In this document: positions 60,407-64,000 of the stretch, piece by piece
How the letters are laid out: each line of letters starts with the position of its first letter
Numbering within the stretch: position 1 is the stretch's first letter
NCBI GenBank assembly: GCA_963790025.1
Contig: CAWBMP010000004.1
Coordinates: forward strand, 1,472,001 to 1,536,000
Source of the DNA: Nitrospirota bacterium
GTDB taxonomy: Bacteria; Nitrospirota; Thermodesulfovibrionia; Thermodesulfovibrionales; Dissulfurispiraceae
Length of the DNA stretch: 64,000 bases
Direction: 5' to 3'
Program-made: the position numbers and the translations under genes
Notes under the pieces: model-generated
The model's database searches: none
Seen by the model: the letters and a program-made list of their open reading frames with translations, nothing else
Told to the model about the DNA's origin: nothing

Positions 60407-62599
60407 TCATTCCCGGCGCTTACGCAGAAGCAGTGCCCTTGACAGGCGTGCCTCTTCATAACTTACCGTACCGGTAAAATGATCCACAACTGCATTAAGG
60501 CCCCATGAGTTGCGGGACAGCAGGAATTTCTCGATCATAAGCCGCTTAGAAGGATTCACGACACAGTCTATATCGATATCGCGGCCTTCCATAATAAGCT
60601 GCTCCATGTGGGCCGCTATAGTCGAAGGTGCGAGATTGCGTATTTTGGAAATGTCGTCAAGAGACATCCCTTTCCTGAAAAACATGTAGGTCTCATCTAT
60701 CGATTCCCCCTTTTTCTTCTTATGCTGAAGTGCTGAGCCGCCAGAACCATCTGCATCCGGCAGGAGAATAGATATGCCGGGGTTTTCGTCGATATATCGA
60801 CTGATCTCGCTGATAAAATCCTCACCATAACGTTCCAGCTTCATATCGCCGACACCGCCGATCTTTCGCATATCGGACGTAGTAGAAGGAAAGCTCTTGC
60901 ACATCTCCTGCAGTGTCTTATCGGAAAATATTATATACGGCGGGACCTTCTGCACGTCAGCCAGCCTCTTCCTGACACTGCGAAGCCTTTCGAAGAGTGC
61001 TTCGTCATATTCCCCGGAATCTCCTCTCTTTTCCCGCCGGGTCTTAGACTTTGCCTCTTGCTTTCTCAAAGCAGTGATAGTTTCTTTGCTGAAGAGGATA
61101 TCGAAACCTTTTTTTGAAATCTTCAGTACAGGGTAGGGATCGCCTTCGGGCATCACCGCCTCTTGTGCAATGAGTTCATCAATAACAGAACGCCAGTAAG
61201 TTTTTTCCTTCCCTTTGCCCGCGCCATAAGTCTTGATTTCGTTATGCCCGAGTTGCCGGACACGCTTCGTGTCAGCACCGGTCACGATATCGACGATATG
61301 GCCTGCACCAAACCGCTGCCCTGTCCTCGAGATGGCCGACATCACAATCTGCGCCTCAACACTTATGTCTACCTCTTCGACTGACCCTGAACAGATATCG
61401 CAGGCAGAGCAATTATCAACAGGATAGTCCTCCCCAAAAAATGCGAGGAGTTGCTTTCTTCTGCATACGTTGTGCGATGCATATCCCACCATCTTGTTCA
61501 GCTTCCCTATCGCTATAAATCGCTCCCCGTCATCGTTTATCCTGTCGATGAAATAACGGATTTTAGGTACATCACCCCTGCCGAAGAAAAGCAGACAGCG
61601 CGCCGCGCTTCCGTCCCTTCCGGCCCGTCCCGTCTCCTGGTAATAGCCTTCGATATTTTTTGGGAGGTCGGCATGGACCACAAAACGCACATTGGATTTG
61701 TCTATGCCCATGCCGAAGGCGATGGTAGCGACTATAACCTGGACCTCATCCCTGTTGAAGGCCTCCTGGTTCTTTTTGCGTTCGTCAGAGGACAGGCCTG
61801 CATGGTAAGGCAGGGCGGCGATTCCCTTTGATTTCAGAAGATCTGCTGTCTCCATGACCGAATCGCGTGTTGTCCTGTAGATGATGCCGGATTCCCCCGG
61901 ATGGTCCCTGAGAAACTCGATTAGCTGCAATCCCACCTTGGTTTTTAACTTTACCTCATAGAAGAGGTTCGGACGGTTAAAGGATGCACGAACAACATGA
62001 GGACTTCTGAGACCGATTTTATTGATTATATCATCCTGCACCTTTTGGGTCGCGGTAGCGGTAAAAGCAGCAACCGGCACATCATGAAACATCTCCGGGA
62101 TGAGAGAAAGACCGAGATAGTCCGGACGGAAATCATGGCCCCACTCGGATATGCAATGGGCCTCGTCTATGGCAAAAAAAGAGACCGTGAAAGTCTTCAG
62201 CCTCTCAAGGAAGTGGCGCATGGCAAATCTCTCGGGGGCGATATAGAGCAGCTTCAGCTTATTGTATTGTAACCGGCGATAGACATCGGCAACCTCGTCG
62301 GCAGTCATCGAGCTATTCATGAAAGCAGCGGATATCCCGCTGTCAACCGCCGCATCAACCTGGTCTTTCATCAAAGAAATAAGCGGGCTGATAACGACCG
62401 CGGTACCCGGCATCATAGTTGCCGGCAACTGGTAGCACAACGATTTTCCGCCGCCTGTAGGCATTACCGCAAATACATCTATGCCGTTGAGAATATTTCT
62501 GATAATGGCTTCCTGGTTCGGACGAAACGCCTGAAAGCCGAAAACGGTCTTCAGATTATCGAATATCCGGGATTCATGGTGTCTGCTGCTAACAGGCAT
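60407..62599 (-). CDS. recQ: DNA helicase RecQ
   Basis: MPTGGGKSLCYQ, DEAHC, WGHDFRP, QETGRAGRDG, RQC, HRDC and HTH_40-type tail. Confidence 0.97.
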   Translation of the reverse strand: MPVSSRHHESRIFDNLKTVFGFQAFRPNQEAIIRNILNGIDVFAVMPTGGGKSLCYQLPATMMPGTAVVISPLISLMKDQVDAAVDSGISAAFMNSSMTADEVADVYRRLQYNKLKLLYIAPERFAMRHFLERLKTFTVSFFAIDEAHCISEWGHDFRPDYLGLSLIPEMFHDVPVAAFTATATQKVQDDIINKIGLRSPHVVRASFNRPNLFYEVKLKTKVGLQLIEFLRDHPGESGIIYRTTRDSVMETADLLKSKGIAALPYHAGLSSDERKKNQEAFNRDEVQVIVATIAFGMGIDKSNVRFVVHADLPKNIEGYYQETGRAGRDGSAARCLLFFGRGDVPKIRYFIDRINDDGERFIAIGKLNKMVGYASHNVCRRKQLLAFFGEDYPVDNCSACDICSGSVEEVDISVEAQIVMSAISRTGQRFGAGHIVDIVTGADTKRVRQLGHNEIKTYGAGKGKEKTYWRSVIDELIAQEAVMPEGDPYPVLKISKKGFDILFSKETITALRKQEAKSKTRREKRGDSGEYDEALFERLRSVRKRLADVQKVPPYIIFSDKTLQEMCKSFPSTTSDMRKIGGVGDMKLERYGEDFISEISRYIDENPGISILLPDADGSGGSALQHKKKKGESIDETYMFFRKGMSLDDISKIRNLAPSTIAAHMEQLIMEGRDIDIDCVVNPSKRLMIEKFLLSRNSWGLNAVVDHFTGTVSYEEARLSRALLLRKRRE

Positions 62600-62616
62600 A
62601 TGCTGCTATTGTAACA

Positions 62617-64000
62617 TTAACTATTATTCTTTGATTTCCGGGGTTTTCGGTCAAGGGGGAAGTAGAGAGTAAAGGCAGTGCCTGTGCCGACTGTGCTTTC
62701 CACCGTGATAAAGCCCTCATGGTCTTCCATTATCTTCTTGCAGATGGACAGCCCCAGCCCCACTCCTCTGGTGGATATTTTTGTTGTGTAAAAAGGCTCA
62801 AAAATTTTATCTGCTTTTTCGGGCGGGATGCCTTCGCCGGTGTCACTGATTTTAACCGTTACGTAAGGTATTCCATCAACCGTCTTTTGGGCCGTGGCGA
62901 CTTTCAGCGTTCCTTTATCAGCCATCGCGTCAAGGGCATTAGACACAAGGTTGACTATAACCTCACGCACGCGGTTCTTGTCGACAGCGATCTCCGAGGT
63001 GTAATCGTAAGACTTCTGAATCGTTATCGAGCGCTCGAGGCAAGATGGTGCATATACCTTTACTACTTCATCGACGATTTCGTGAATATAATGGCGCTCC
63101 AGCTCCAAAGCCGCCTCCCTGGCAAAATTGAGAATACTCTTCAGAACCACCTCCAGCTGGCCCACCTCTGAAACTATGAACTCTACGTACTCTCTTTTCA
63201 TAGCTTCATCCGCCGCCATTTTCTGCAATCTCCGCGCGAATCCTCCGACAACTGTAAGCGGATTCCGGATCTCGTGCGCAATATTTGCGGTAATTCTGCC
63301 AAGCGCTGCAAGCTTTTCCGATTGGGCAAGTTGTTCGAGAAGTTTATGTTTTTCCGCCTCGATCCGGTAACGCTGAATTACAAAGGCAAGTGTTTTGGAA
63401 ACGGCACTGAGGAATGCCTTTCCCTGTGGGTCCTCTCTGTGCCCTTTCTTGGCAAATACGTTTATTAGTCCGAATGCTTTTTCGCCGTCGGAAATAGGTA
63501 TGCAGTAACCGACATGGGGGCCGTCGGCCTCGAGAATCTCACGCGGCGTATTGATGCACTCGGTGAATGCGATCTCACAGTTCTCGGCTGCTCCGGTATC
63601 CGGTTTGTGACCCATAGGCAACTCGGCACAAGTGTCGGCCTGGATATCGGAAAGGCCGCGCTGGGCCTTAAGGACAAGTGATTCGGAAGTCTCATCGACA
63701 AGATAAATCGAGCCGATGGACTGGAGTGCAAGCTGTGAAATAGAGAGGATCAGGTCCAGGCCATGGGCAAGCTGCTCATCGAGGGAGGTTGGCTCATGCG
63801 CGATTTTAAGAAGGGTGTTGATTGCCCTCTGTATCTGGTAGTCGAATTCTATCTGATCCTCTGCCTTCACACGCTCGGTAATGTCCCTGACAGCTGCTGT
63901 AACGAATGTCTCCCCATCGCTTTTTAGCGGGCTCAGGCTTATATCGGCACTGAACTCAGTGCCATCATTCTTTCGCCCGTAAATTTTAATGCCGGAACCC
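62617..64000 (-). CDS. PAS-GAF sensor histidine kinase, 5'-partial
   Basis: Frame open to the window edge (PAS end RKNDGTEF..SLSP..RDITER), GAF, AHEIRNPL, N, G1, F and G2 boxes. Confidence 0.93.
   Translation of the reverse strand, partial: GSGIKIYGRKNDGTEFSADISLSPLKSDGETFVTAAVRDITERVKAEDQIEFDYQIQRAINTLLKIAHEPTSLDEQLAHGLDLILSISQLALQSIGSIYLVDETSESLVLKAQRGLSDIQADTCAELPMGHKPDTGAAENCEIAFTECINTPREILEADGPHVGYCIPISDGEKAFGLINVFAKKGHREDPQGKAFLSAVSKTLAFVIQRYRIEAEKHKLLEQLAQSEKLAALGRITANIAHEIRNPLTVVGGFARRLQKMAADEAMKREYVEFIVSEVGQLEVVLKSILNFAREAALELERHYIHEIVDEVVKVYAPSCLERSITIQKSYDYTSEIAVDKNRVREVIVNLVSNALDAMADKGTLKVATAQKTVDGIPYVTVKISDTGEGIPPEKADKIFEPFYTTKISTRGVGLGLSICKKIMEDHEGFITVESTVGTGTAFTLYFPLDRKPRKSKNNS

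Overview
64-kb bacterial chromosome segment of moderate GC. The gene content (Rnf, a DsrC-family protein, Tol, AmrA, TAXI) suggests an anaerobic diderm, possibly Nitrospirota or Desulfobacterota; this is inference only. The backbone is housekeeping: RNase Z-like, surE, pcm, rnfCDGEAB, mltD, DEAD helicase, mgtA, mtnA, ispB, moaC, tolQRAB, hldA, hisAF, recQ and a partial histidine kinase. Two tRNA-anchored accessory regions interrupt it. (1) Starting 22 bp after tRNA-Leu(GAG) is a nested element. Its outer layer is a transposase-less Tn7-like unit (14042-19420) with TnsB-type sites, atypical TAT termini and a near-perfect 5-bp TSD. Inside lies a 117-bp inverted repeat pair, and inside that an IS1-family transporter element (15239-18964, 21-bp TIR, 8-bp TSD) carrying a proteasome-type Ntn hydrolase, an AAA+ ATPase and a small basic protein. 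(2) After tRNA-Met is a defence island: a GIY-YIG nuclease, an IS110 element whose bridge-RNA guides are readable in the sequence, a truncated TM0106 nuclease, a type I R-M operon with darTG embedded, an AT-rich tandem-MazG plus thymidylate-kinase-fusion gene pair (best candidate for a new antiphage system), a TIR-bounded RAYT-like HUH transposase, and a run of cassette-like genes. A structured, RBS-sequestering leader with a coupled uORF precedes mgtA and does not resemble the M-box as I recall it. Single-base frameshifts in hisA, the IS110 transposase, darT and hsdR (many) may be sequencing errors.
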